From: Myxococcales bacterium
Lineage (GTDB): Bacteria; Myxococcota_A; Polyangia; Polyangiales; Polyangiaceae
Length of the DNA stretch: 64,000 nucleotides
Assembly (NCBI GenBank): GCA_043747615.1
Contig: JAYTOU010000046.1
Span: 1 to 64,000 of the forward strand
Reading direction: 5' to 3'
Positions 28,394 through 37,241 of this stretch are shown one piece after another. The notes beneath the pieces are model-generated. The model was not told the DNA's origin. It saw only the letters and a program-made list of their open reading frames with translations, and searched no databases. Position numbers and translations under genes: made by a program. Each line of letters opens with the position of its first letter. Position 1 is the stretch's first letter.

Positions 28394-29855
28394 TTTCTCG
28401 CTCTCTCTTGGAGATCACGCGGGTGACCGCTTTTCCGTCGTCGCTGAAGACGCGTACGCCGAGCGCGCCCTTGCCCCAGGCGATGATGGTCTTAGCGAGG
28501 GCCTTCACGGGCTTCGCGCCGGGGGCTCGTTCCGAGTGCCACTCCGTCAGAAATGGCTGCCCGATCTTGAAAGACGGGGCGAGGGCCCAGGCGAGCGGCT
28601 CCTTAGGCGAAACGAGCTCTACGGAGAAGCGATCCGATGGGAGCGGCTCGATGCGGAGCACGGGCGAATCGCCTTTGGTGGTGGGCAGCGCACCGCATGT
28701 TTCCACTGAGATTCCAGCGCCAGCGCGAAGAAGCCGAGCGCGCGCAGTGGCGAGCGACGTCTCACCGGCATCGCCGAGGATGGCCACGCGACCGGTGGCG
28801 TGAGCGGCCTCACCCGTGGTCCCGCTCCCGGCAAAAAGATCGACCACCCGATCGCCCGGCTTCGTCGAGCACAAGATGATGCGCTCGAGCAGCGCGCGCG
28901 GCTTCTGGGTGGGAAATCCGGTGCGTTCGCTCGCGCTCACATGACGAAGAGGAGCGACGTCGGTCCACAGAGAATCGACCCGCCGCTCGCGGCACCACTC
29001 TTTATCGGAGTTCTGCACGAGAAAATATTTTACGTAGACGCGGCCGCTTGGTGTCCGGTGAATGCGCCCCTCGGCATCGAGGCGTTTCACGGAAGCATCG
29101 GTGTAGTCGCCGCGCGGTGCGCTCGTGAAGGGTCGGCCCTCGTCGTCCCAGCGAATGGCCGTCTTGTCGATCGGCTCGAGGCGCGTCGGAGGAAGAAGCT
29201 TCGCCTTCGGCCCGCCGTAGACCACGAGGGTGTCGAGCGTTCGTCCGAATTGGGAGCTCGCGGCTTGGCGTCCGAGGTTCGGCGCTCGACGCCAGACGAT
29301 CTCGTTGATGAATTGATCGCGTCCGAGGATCTCGTCGAGCAGAACGCGCACGAGGTACGCCGCACGCCAGTCGAGATGCACCCAGATGATTCCGCTCGGA
29401 GAAATAAGCTTGGTCAGAGCTTCGAGGCGCGGCGCGAGCATGTCTAGGTACGCGGCGACGCCGGCGTCTTTTCCGCCCTTGGGCCCTCGGGTGGACCACG
29501 TGTCGACGTACGCGACGTTGCGACTGATGCGCCCGTCTGCGGGTCCGTCGAGGCGTGCCTCGTTCACATAGTCGGCTTGGGAGGCGAACGGTGGATCGAT
29601 GTAGACGAGCTGCACCTGCCCGCCCAAGCCCTCGTCGATCAAGCGCCCGGCGACATCGAGTGCGTCGCCTCCGATCAACCGGTGGGCGGCGTCGCCGACC
29701 TTTTCGACGACGGTGACGGGCGGAGACGGCGGCACCGCAGCACCAGGGACCCACGCGCGACCGGCCCAGTCGAGGTGGAAGGCGCCCCTCCGTCTCGTCG
29801 AACCTGAAAGCCCACAGTTCACAGCGTCGGATGCTACACGAAAGGCTTCGCGCAT
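28380..29855 (-). CDS. Site-specific DNA methyltransferase (N6A/N4C, beta class, Mod-like)
   Basis: Catalytic YIDPPF before SAM-binding DLFAGSGTTG; FINEIVW; FPTQKPRALLERII. True start uncertain. Confidence 0.9.
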   Translation of the reverse strand: MREAFRVASDAVNCGLSGSTRRRGAFHLDWAGRAWVPGAAVPPSPPVTVVEKVGDAAHRLIGGDALDVAGRLIDEGLGGQVQLVYIDPPFASQADYVNEARLDGPADGRISRNVAYVDTWSTRGPKGGKDAGVAAYLDMLAPRLEALTKLISPSGIIWVHLDWRAAYLVRVLLDEILGRDQFINEIVWRRAPNLGRQAASSQFGRTLDTLVVYGGPKAKLLPPTRLEPIDKTAIRWDDEGRPFTSAPRGDYTDASVKRLDAEGRIHRTPSGRVYVKYFLVQNSDKEWCRERRVDSLWTDVAPLRHVSASERTGFPTQKPRALLERIILCSTKPGDRVVDLFAGSGTTGEAAHATGRVAILGDAGETSLATARARLLRAGAGISVETCGALPTTKGDSPVLRIEPLPSDRFSVELVSPKEPLAWALAPSFKIGQPFLTEWHSERAPGAKPVKALAKTIIAWGKGALGVRVFSDDGKAVTRVISKRERENDFT

Positions 29856-29919
29856 TTCCCGGGAAAAGCCGGCGGATGCGGGTTAACATCGCCCCGAGCT
29901 CTGTCGATCCAAAGTCGCC

Positions 29920-32145
29920 GTGTCCGCCACGCGAACCACCCACGCACCCTGTCGCCTCGTTGAGATCCTGCGGGCGCTGCCCTCAGGAGAGCTGGCTTCG
30001 CTCGTCGCGCGCTTGGGGATTCGCATCGATCCGGCGAAGCGGCTAGACGCTCCCTCTCAGGTTGCCCGGGCGCTCGTCACCCTCCCTGATTTGCGTGACC
30101 CGTCGCGGCTCCCGCAGGCGAGCGTGGAGCTCTTGCATCGCGTCGCCGAAGCGCGCGGCTCGCTCGTCGTGGCCACCGTGCCTGCCGCCCTCGAGCCACT
30201 CAGCGCACGCGGGTTGATGTTCGCGCGGGGAGAGCGCTCGAAGCGCGTGGAGCTTGTCTTTCCTCCAGCGTTCCTCGTGCAACTGCGAACCTGGGAGGGT
30301 GAGGACCCGTCGGGAATTCGTGCGCTCCTCGCTCAGGCCTCGTTCGAGACCACGAGCGCGATTGCGGCCAATTATCTGGGGAGGCCCGCCACGCCGCCGA
30401 TCGCTTTGTCGCTCGAGATCGCGTGGGAAGTGCTTAGCGATCCGTCCAAGCTCGCCGAGGAAATCGAGCGCCTCGCGCCGGCCGAGCGTCGCGTGCTCGA
30501 TGGCGTGGAGAGGGAGGGCGGCGAGGTCGACACGGAGGAGCTCCTTGAGCTCGAACGAGAGCCACTGCGACTTCGCACGGCGTCCGGAGCCACTCCGTCG
30601 CGCAGGGGGGTGGGCGTGTCGCTCGAGCGGCGAGGCCTGCTCATCCCGGTGCATCCCAATCGTCACGTCGTGCCGACCGAGGTCGCGGTCATCGTCGGCG
30701 CCGCACGCCGCGCTGCGAGCTCGGCTCGTCGCTCTGAGGTGAAGAGCTTCGTCATCGAGGGGGATCACTCGCCTCGGCGCGCGCGGTTCGCAGCGGATCC
30801 ATCGGTGCTTGCGACAGGCCTCGCGATCACCGCGCGCGAGGCGGGAAACGACGTTCGTCCCGGGATCGGCACACCGAAATCGCTCGTGCACAAGCTCGCC
30901 GCGCGTTTTGGTCGCGAGCCGCAGCACGTCGCTCTCCTCGTCGCGCTCTCTCGAGCCATCGGGCTGTGGGATGCATCGGCGATCACCGCGTCAGCTCCGC
31001 CCGGATCCTTGGCGCTGGGAGAGCTTGCGCTGGTTCTCTTTCGCGCGTGGAGGCACGGCGGGGCGTGGGACGAAGCCCGCACCGAGCCCGAAGTCCTTCG
31101 CCTCTCAGCCGACGCGCGCGACTCGAGCCCGGTCGGGGTGGTCCGTGAAATCGTGATCGACGCCTTGAGCGATCTGTCGGCGGATAGCTCGGCGAACCGC
31201 GCGGGAGGCTGGCTCCCGTGGACGTCGCTCGCGGGCTACTTGAGCGGCGATCATCGTGTTCCCGGATTGAATCGCCTCCTTCGCCGCTGGGCGGAGCGCG
31301 TGGGCGCAGAGCCGGTCGAGCCGATCGAAGTGGCGAGGCGCATCGTCGTCGAGAGCCTGCATGCGCTCGGCGTCCTGGATCTCGGCGAAGAAGAGGGGGC
31401 GGTCGCCTCGACGGAAGCAGCACCCGAGGGGCCAATGAGCGGCGAGTGGACGCTCCGCCTCACGCCGCGCGGGCGTATGCTGGTCGGCGAATCGCGCGCC
31501 GATCGACCCCCGGAAGACGCAGCAACGACCGGAAAAATAGCTACTCCGCGCGCCGAGAGCGGCAACGCCGAAGAGACAGAGCGTACGAAATCCAAGTTCC
31601 TCGATACGCACGTGCTGCGCCTCGGAAGCTCTTCGCGCCTGTGCGCGGTGCTCAACATCGCTCCCTTCGTCGAGGTGGCGCGAGCTACCGACAGCGTCGA
31701 TCTCATCGTCGCTCCCCAGACCCTCGCGCGCGCGCTGTCGGCGGGTTTCGACGCCGAGGCCCTGCGTCAAAGGATCGAGGCGCTCGCTCCCCTCCCCGAG
31801 TCCCTCTCGCGCACCCTCGCTCAGGCCAGCATCGTTCTTGGCCGCGCGACCTTCGCGGCCGCGGGAGGTTTCTTGTGGGTGGAAGATCCGAACATACGAG
31901 AGATGCTCCGCACGCGTCGCGCAACCGCCGAGCTCTTCGTCGATCCCTCGCCACCGGGTGGGCTCATCGTGCACGCCAACGTCGATCTCGATCGCGTGTC
32001 CCGTCGCTGCCGAACGATCGGCGTCGAGATCGTGGCCGATGGGCAGGTGGTGAAGATTCGCTCGATGACGCCGCATCGTTTGACCCCCGCTCGCCAGGAA
32101 CGCAGCTCGACCCCTTCGCGAGGCACCGACAAACCGATCAAGTGA
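29920..32145 (+). CDS. Protein with C-terminal XPB/Ssl2 helicase-associated (Helicase_C_3-like) domain
   Basis: Winged-helix-like segments (LERRGLL, LHALGVL..LRLTPRG) and PQTLARALSAGFDAEALRQRIEALAPLPESL; no Walker A or DExH motif. Confidence 0.6.
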   Translation: MSATRTTHAPCRLVEILRALPSGELASLVARLGIRIDPAKRLDAPSQVARALVTLPDLRDPSRLPQASVELLHRVAEARGSLVVATVPAALEPLSARGLMFARGERSKRVELVFPPAFLVQLRTWEGEDPSGIRALLAQASFETTSAIAANYLGRPATPPIALSLEIAWEVLSDPSKLAEEIERLAPAERRVLDGVEREGGEVDTEELLELEREPLRLRTASGATPSRRGVGVSLERRGLLIPVHPNRHVVPTEVAVIVGAARRAASSARRSEVKSFVIEGDHSPRRARFAADPSVLATGLAITAREAGNDVRPGIGTPKSLVHKLAARFGREPQHVALLVALSRAIGLWDASAITASAPPGSLALGELALVLFRAWRHGGAWDEARTEPEVLRLSADARDSSPVGVVREIVIDALSDLSADSSANRAGGWLPWTSLAGYLSGDHRVPGLNRLLRRWAERVGAEPVEPIEVARRIVVESLHALGVLDLGEEEGAVASTEAAPEGPMSGEWTLRLTPRGRMLVGESRADRPPEDAATTGKIATPRAESGNAEETERTKSKFLDTHVLRLGSSSRLCAVLNIAPFVEVARATDSVDLIVAPQTLARALSAGFDAEALRQRIEALAPLPESLSRTLAQASIVLGRATFAAAGGFLWVEDPNIREMLRTRRATAELFVDPSPPGGLIVHANVDLDRVSRRCRTIGVEIVADGQVVKIRSMTPHRLTPARQERSSTPSRGTDKPIK

Positions 32146-32157
32146 TCGGCAGCCGAA

Positions 32158-33456
32158 TCAAAGCTCTTTCATCACGCGAGAGAGCACCCAATCCTCGACG
32201 CGCGAGGAGGGGCTTACGTGGATGATGGCGCCTGCGCTTAGGAAAATTTCCGTCGGTAACGCGCGGCCGTTGTACTGGCTGGCCATCGTGAAGCCGTAAG
32301 CGCCAACGTCGAGGATCGCCAAAAGATGCGGCGGCACCTTCGGAAGAAGATGGAGGCCGAAGTCGTCGGAGCTCTCGCATACCGGCCCGACGACGCGCCA
32401 GGCCAGCTCCGCTTCGTCTTTCTGCATATCGAGCGAAACGATGCGGTGGCGCGCCTGGTAGAGCGCTGGGCGAATGAGGTCGTTCATGCCCGCGTCGATC
32501 ATCAGCCACCGGCGCGACGGCTCGTCCTCGCCGACGACGCGCGCGGTCTTCGGCTGGATGACCGTCGCCACGAGGACCCCATGCGCGGCGACGAGCGAAC
32601 GACCGGGCTCCACGAAGAGAGCCAAATCGTCGAGTCCGGAGGCATGCTGGAGGGCGCGCGTCTTTCGCACAAAATCGGCGGGGCGAAGCGGACAGCCGTC
32701 TCCGTAGTCGATGCCGAAGCCCCCGCCGGTGTCGACATAGTCGAGCTTCACGCCGCTCGCCCGGAGCTCCTTTGCCCTGTCGAACAAGAATTGCGAGGCC
32801 TGCAGGTAGGCGTCCGCGCTCGTGAACTGCGAGCCGACGTGGGAGGTGAGGCCGACGAGCGTGAGCTCCTTGAGACCGCGCACCATGGTCACGGCGACGT
32901 CGAAGTCTCTACGGGGGATCCCGAACTTTGCGTCGTCATGGCCCGTCGCGATGTGGGCATGGGTGGCGAGTGTGTCGATCTCGACCGCGGGATTCACGCG
33001 GAGCGAGACGCGGACCACGCGGCCCATCTCGCGAGCTCGTGCATGCACGCGATCGATCTCTTCGAGGCTCTCCACCTGGATCGCGCGGATCCCTCTATCG
33101 CCGATGGAAATAGCCTGGTCGAGCTCTTCATTTTTTTTCGCGACGCCGCTGTAAACGATGCGCTCGGGCGGGATCCCGCAAACGATGGCGACGGCGAGCT
33201 CTCCGCCGCTGACCACGTCGGCGCCGCATCCTTCCTTGGCGAGCGCGCGCACGATGGGACCGGCGCTGTTTGCCTTCACCGCGTATGCGATGAGGTGAGG
33301 ATGACCGTCGAAGGCCGCTTCGATCTCGCGCGCTTCTGCTGCGATGCCATCGAGATCGTAGACGTAGGCCGGTGTCTTCTGGGCACTCGAGAAGAGCTCG
33401 GCGAGGCGAATACCGCCGAGAACTAGCCGCCCATCTGCGTCACGGGTCGTCGCCAT
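32158..33456 (-). CDS. lysA: Diaminopimelate decarboxylase
   Basis: TPAYVYD, YAVKAN, DVVSGGE, HVGSQ, EPGRS, GPVCESSD, GAYG..MASQYN. The 873-aa track ORF is over-extended antisense to pyk. Confidence 0.95.
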   Translation of the reverse strand: MATTRDADGRLVLGGIRLAELFSSAQKTPAYVYDLDGIAAEAREIEAAFDGHPHLIAYAVKANSAGPIVRALAKEGCGADVVSGGELAVAIVCGIPPERIVYSGVAKKNEELDQAISIGDRGIRAIQVESLEEIDRVHARAREMGRVVRVSLRVNPAVEIDTLATHAHIATGHDDAKFGIPRRDFDVAVTMVRGLKELTLVGLTSHVGSQFTSADAYLQASQFLFDRAKELRASGVKLDYVDTGGGFGIDYGDGCPLRPADFVRKTRALQHASGLDDLALFVEPGRSLVAAHGVLVATVIQPKTARVVGEDEPSRRWLMIDAGMNDLIRPALYQARHRIVSLDMQKDEAELAWRVVGPVCESSDDFGLHLLPKVPPHLLAILDVGAYGFTMASQYNGRALPTEIFLSAGAIIHVSPSSRVEDWVLSRVMKEL

Positions 33457-33516
33457 GCGCGAACGATTACGCCGCGTCCTTTCCGTCCGCAAGTGTCTCG
33501 TGGCATGCTGCGCCCA

Positions 33517-34926
33517 ATGACCGTCCGCCGCGCCAAGCTCGTGTGCACGCTGGGTCCCTCGTGTGACTCGCTCGAGCAACTCCGCGCGCTCATCGTCGCA
33601 GGCATGGACGTAGCGCGATTCAACTTTTCCCATGGCACGCACGAGGAGCACGGACGGCGTCTCGCCCGTCTGCGCGAAGCGGCGACCATTGAGCGCAAAT
33701 CCGTCGCCGCCCTCCAGGATCTCTGCGGTCCCAAGGTTCGGACGGGGACGATACCTGCGCAATACATACTCCCCGAGAACATCGACGTCACCCTGGTCGA
33801 AGGGGAATCGAGCAGCGACGAGCGGGTCATCGCCATCAACTACGAAGGCCTGGCGGGCGACGTCCGCGTGGGAGACAAGATCCTCTTCGACGATGGGCGC
33901 CTCGTCCTCGCCGTCACCTCCGTGGTTGGCGAAAAAATCATCGCCCACGTCGAGCAGGGCGGCGGCATGCGCAATCACATCGGCGTGCACTTGCCGAGCA
34001 AGACGATGCGCGTGGGGTGCCTCACCGAGAAAGACAAAGCAGACCTCGGGTACGGTCTGTCGCAGGGGGTCGACTACATTGCGCTCTCCTTCGTGCGGCG
34101 CGCCGACGACCTCAAGCTGGTCCGCGAGATCGCCACCGCCTGGGGCCAGCCCACGCCGATCATCGCCAAAATCGAGACGCCCGACGCCATCGAAAATCTG
34201 GAGAGCGTCGTGGCCGCCTCCGATGGAGTGATGGTGGCGCGGGGCGATCTGGGAGTGGAGTTTCCGCCCGAGCGTGTCCCGGTCATCCAGCGGCAGATCA
34301 TCGGCGTGGCCCGGCGCGTGCGGCGTCCGGTGATCGTGGCGACCGAGATGCTGCAGTCGATGACCAAGGCCTCGCGACCCACCCGGGCCGAAGCGAGCGA
34401 CGTGGCGAACGCCGTCTTCTCGGGCACCGATGCCTTGATGCTCTCGGGCGAAACCGCGACGGGCGATCACCCTATCCTTGCAGCAGCGATGATGAGCCGC
34501 ATCGCGATGGAAGCGGAAACGAGCGCGTTCTACGAATCTGCGCCGTACGCGACGCGCGCGACCAGCGTGGCCGAGGCCATCGCCCGCGGCGCGTGCAACA
34601 CCGCGAAAGAGATCGGCGCAAAATACCTGGTGGCCTTCACCGAGACCGGCCTCAGCGCCATGAACGTGAGCTTGGCCCGCCCGAACGTGCCGATCATCGC
34701 GTTCTCTCCGGTGGAGCGCACGCGGCGGCGGATGGCGCTTCTCTGGGGCGTGATACCCCGGGTGTGCCCCGCGATCCACGACATGGACCAGCTCGTCGAC
34801 TGGTGCACGGGCGACTTGATGGCAGCCGGACTTGCGTCACCCGGCGAGCGCGTGGTCATCGTCTTCGGCGCTCCGATCGGCGTCAGCGGAAGCACCAACA
34901 CCATTCGCGTTCACGTCCTCGGCTGA
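33517..34926 (+). CDS. pyk: Pyruvate kinase
   Basis: KLVCTLGP, RFNFSHG, IAKIE, MVARGDLGVE, ATEMLQSM, PTRAEASDVANA, MLSGETA. Confidence 0.97.
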   Translation: MTVRRAKLVCTLGPSCDSLEQLRALIVAGMDVARFNFSHGTHEEHGRRLARLREAATIERKSVAALQDLCGPKVRTGTIPAQYILPENIDVTLVEGESSSDERVIAINYEGLAGDVRVGDKILFDDGRLVLAVTSVVGEKIIAHVEQGGGMRNHIGVHLPSKTMRVGCLTEKDKADLGYGLSQGVDYIALSFVRRADDLKLVREIATAWGQPTPIIAKIETPDAIENLESVVAASDGVMVARGDLGVEFPPERVPVIQRQIIGVARRVRRPVIVATEMLQSMTKASRPTRAEASDVANAVFSGTDALMLSGETATGDHPILAAAMMSRIAMEAETSAFYESAPYATRATSVAEAIARGACNTAKEIGAKYLVAFTETGLSAMNVSLARPNVPIIAFSPVERTRRRMALLWGVIPRVCPAIHDMDQLVDWCTGDLMAAGLASPGERVVIVFGAPIGVSGSTNTIRVHVLG

Positions 34927-34932
34927 AAAGTC

Positions 34933-36309
34933 CTACCGGACGGACGGCGGTGGGCGGCTCAAGGATTGCCTACGCGGCATGATGATCGCGACCTCGGTGC
35001 CTTTGCCTTCGGCGCTGTTGATCTCGACGTGACCGCCTAGCGCGCTCACCAGTCCATAGACGGCGCTGAGGCCGAGGCCGCTCTTTGCTGCTCCGGGACC
35101 GCGTGAGTAGAAGGGGTCGAAGACCTTGGCAAGCTCGGCGGCGGGGATGCCGCGCCCTTCGTCGGCGACCGATAGTACGACGCGGTCGCCTTCGTTGCGC
35201 ACGCTCGCGAGGATCGTTCCGTCACCAGGCATGGCCTCGACTGCGTTGCGCGCGATCTGGAAAAGTGCTTCTGCGAGAGCGGCCACGTGGCACTCGATCG
35301 CGCCCACCGACGGATCGTACGCGCGCTGGATGATCACGCCCGAGCGCGCCCGGCCGATCGCGCTTTCCAGGGCAAAATCCAGCATCGCGCCAACATCTGC
35401 GGGCTCGAGCACTCCCTCGGCGGCCATGGCGAAGCGGCGTAGGCGATCGACGGTCCGTCGCACGCGAGCGAGCCCTCCGTCGCTGCGCTTGAGGGCTCCG
35501 AGCGCTTGTGCGGGATCGGTGTCGAGCGCCTTCGTCGCCTGCTGATTGGACGCAACGCTGATCGAGAGGGCGTTGTTAAGCTCGTGCGCCATTCCCCCGA
35601 CGAGGACGCGAAGGGCTTCGAGTTTTTCGACGACCACGAGCTGCTCTTGCAGCCGGCGCATCCGGGAGACAGCCGCGCTCAAGCGCTCGACGCGCATAAA
35701 AACCATGATGCCCGTTTTGTGTCGCGAACGCGCGAGGACTACCCCGGCGACGGCGGTGCCCACCACCAAGAGGTGCGCGTAGGGAGGCGAAAATGGGCTC
35801 GCCAGGAGCAACCCGGAGTACGCGGCCGCGCCGCTGAGCGTGGCGACTCGCGGGGGAAATGGGACGAGCGCGGTGATAGCCAACGACGCTAACGGGATGA
35901 CGAGAAGATACGGGCTCGACTCTGCGCCCGTGAGCCGAGCGATGAGACCCCAGCCGACGAGCGTGGCGATCGCCGCGCACGAGCCGAGGAAGAGGAGCGC
36001 ATCGAGATTTTTTCGCGCGACCGGGACAGCGAGCGAGCAAGCCGCGAGAACGATGGCCAGCGACGCTCCGGCGACAGTGGCGATGCTCGACGGACGGGAC
36101 AGCGAATCGAGAATGACGACCGTCCCGGTGAGAGCCGCTGCGAGGGCGATCGTCGGCAGAAGACGCGCCGCCACCCGGTGTTGCTGATCGGCGAGGTAAC
36201 GCCTCCGAGGCCGCGCTTTTCGGCCTGCTTTGTCGTTGACGCGGTTGGTGCGATCACGGAGCGCGCTCGGCGGTGGAAGGGAAAGACTCGACCGCCCGGC
36301 GCTCATCAC
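34933..36309 (-). CDS. Polytopic membrane sensor histidine kinase (no adjacent response regulator)
   Basis: About 6 TMs; AHELNN, NAVEAM, DEGRG, FDPFYS, GLGL. Confidence 0.9.
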   Translation of the reverse strand: MMSAGRSSLSLPPPSALRDRTNRVNDKAGRKARPRRRYLADQQHRVAARLLPTIALAAALTGTVVILDSLSRPSSIATVAGASLAIVLAACSLAVPVARKNLDALLFLGSCAAIATLVGWGLIARLTGAESSPYLLVIPLASLAITALVPFPPRVATLSGAAAYSGLLLASPFSPPYAHLLVVGTAVAGVVLARSRHKTGIMVFMRVERLSAAVSRMRRLQEQLVVVEKLEALRVLVGGMAHELNNALSISVASNQQATKALDTDPAQALGALKRSDGGLARVRRTVDRLRRFAMAAEGVLEPADVGAMLDFALESAIGRARSGVIIQRAYDPSVGAIECHVAALAEALFQIARNAVEAMPGDGTILASVRNEGDRVVLSVADEGRGIPAAELAKVFDPFYSRGPGAAKSGLGLSAVYGLVSALGGHVEINSAEGKGTEVAIIMPRRQSLSRPPPSVR

Positions 36310-36327
36310 GAGCGAGCATAGCTTGAG

Positions 36328-37200
36328 TTAGAAGGTTCCGCGCACACCCGAGAAAAGGGGGCCGACCACTACGGCGGCAGGGCTCGACGCGGCCGGACGG
36401 ACGAAGAAAAAGTACGCGCCCGCACCGGCGCTGGCGAGGGCCACGATGAACGAAATGTCGGCGACGGTTCGGTACGTCATGCCCACCGAGCGCGCCGAAG
36501 GGTCTTGCGGCCTGCCGGTGTTGTACTCGTGTGCGAGAGCGCCTGCGCGAAGGCCCGAGAAAATGCCGACCGCCGCAAAAAGAACCGCAGCGCTCCCCGA
36601 GCCCACGACGATCCATCGACGCGCGTGATCGTCGCCCGATCGCGCGGCGGGCTCAGCGAGCTTGTATTTGGCTCCAGCGAGCGCGATCTGCTTGATGGTC
36701 GGGGACTGCGGGGTGACGTGAAGTGTCTCGTCACGCGGCGCGTACCCGTCGGCCTCGACATGAAGCACGTGGTCGCCGGCGGTGACGCGCACATCGGCGA
36801 AAATTCCAGGCGCGAGGGCGATCGACTTTGCATCGAGCTGCGCGCGCGCGCCGTCGGGCGTGACCTTGATCCGCAGCGTTCCGAGGTGCTTGCGGACATC
36901 GGCAAGAGCCGCGCGGCCGCTCGAAATTTCGTCCGCGGATGCGCCTCCGTCGTCGGAAAGAAATCGGGAGAGGTCCTGCTCGGCATCGACGTACTCGCCG
37001 GTGTGCGAGCGCGCGATCCCTAGATTGAGCAAAATACTCGGGTGGGCGAAGAGCTTGTACGCCTCGACAAACGCGTCGCGGGCGACCTCGTAGTTCCCTT
37101 CCTTCACCGACGAAACGCCGCGTCGGAAGGCGACACGCGATTGTTCGCGGACGTCGTCGTCTGCCCGCGCCGGACTTGCAAGGCAAGTGCACGCGAGCAT
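36328..37200 (-). CDS. TPR + PEGA domain exported protein with glycine-zipper C-terminus
   Basis: Signal ending ASPARA; TPR helices (AFVEAYKLF..LLNLG); PEGA (KVTPDGA..GDHVLHVEADGY); ends VRGTF. Start may lie further upstream. Confidence 0.8.
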   Translation of the reverse strand: MLACTCLASPARADDDVREQSRVAFRRGVSSVKEGNYEVARDAFVEAYKLFAHPSILLNLGIARSHTGEYVDAEQDLSRFLSDDGGASADEISSGRAALADVRKHLGTLRIKVTPDGARAQLDAKSIALAPGIFADVRVTAGDHVLHVEADGYAPRDETLHVTPQSPTIKQIALAGAKYKLAEPAARSGDDHARRWIVVGSGSAAVLFAAVGIFSGLRAGALAHEYNTGRPQDPSARSVGMTYRTVADISFIVALASAGAGAYFFFVRPAASSPAAVVVGPLFSGVRGTF

Positions 37201-37241
37201 GACGAGCAGAGCACGACCGGCAGCGCGTGTGGTCTGAGAGC

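Noticed and set aside
28380..32145. Type III restriction-modification system
   Set aside because: The divergent gene has no helicase or PD-(D/E)xK motifs, so there is no Res subunit in the window.
33457..34779. Apparent 440-aa N-terminal fusion on LysA
   Set aside because: It is the antisense frame of pyk; LysA homology begins at ATG 33456.
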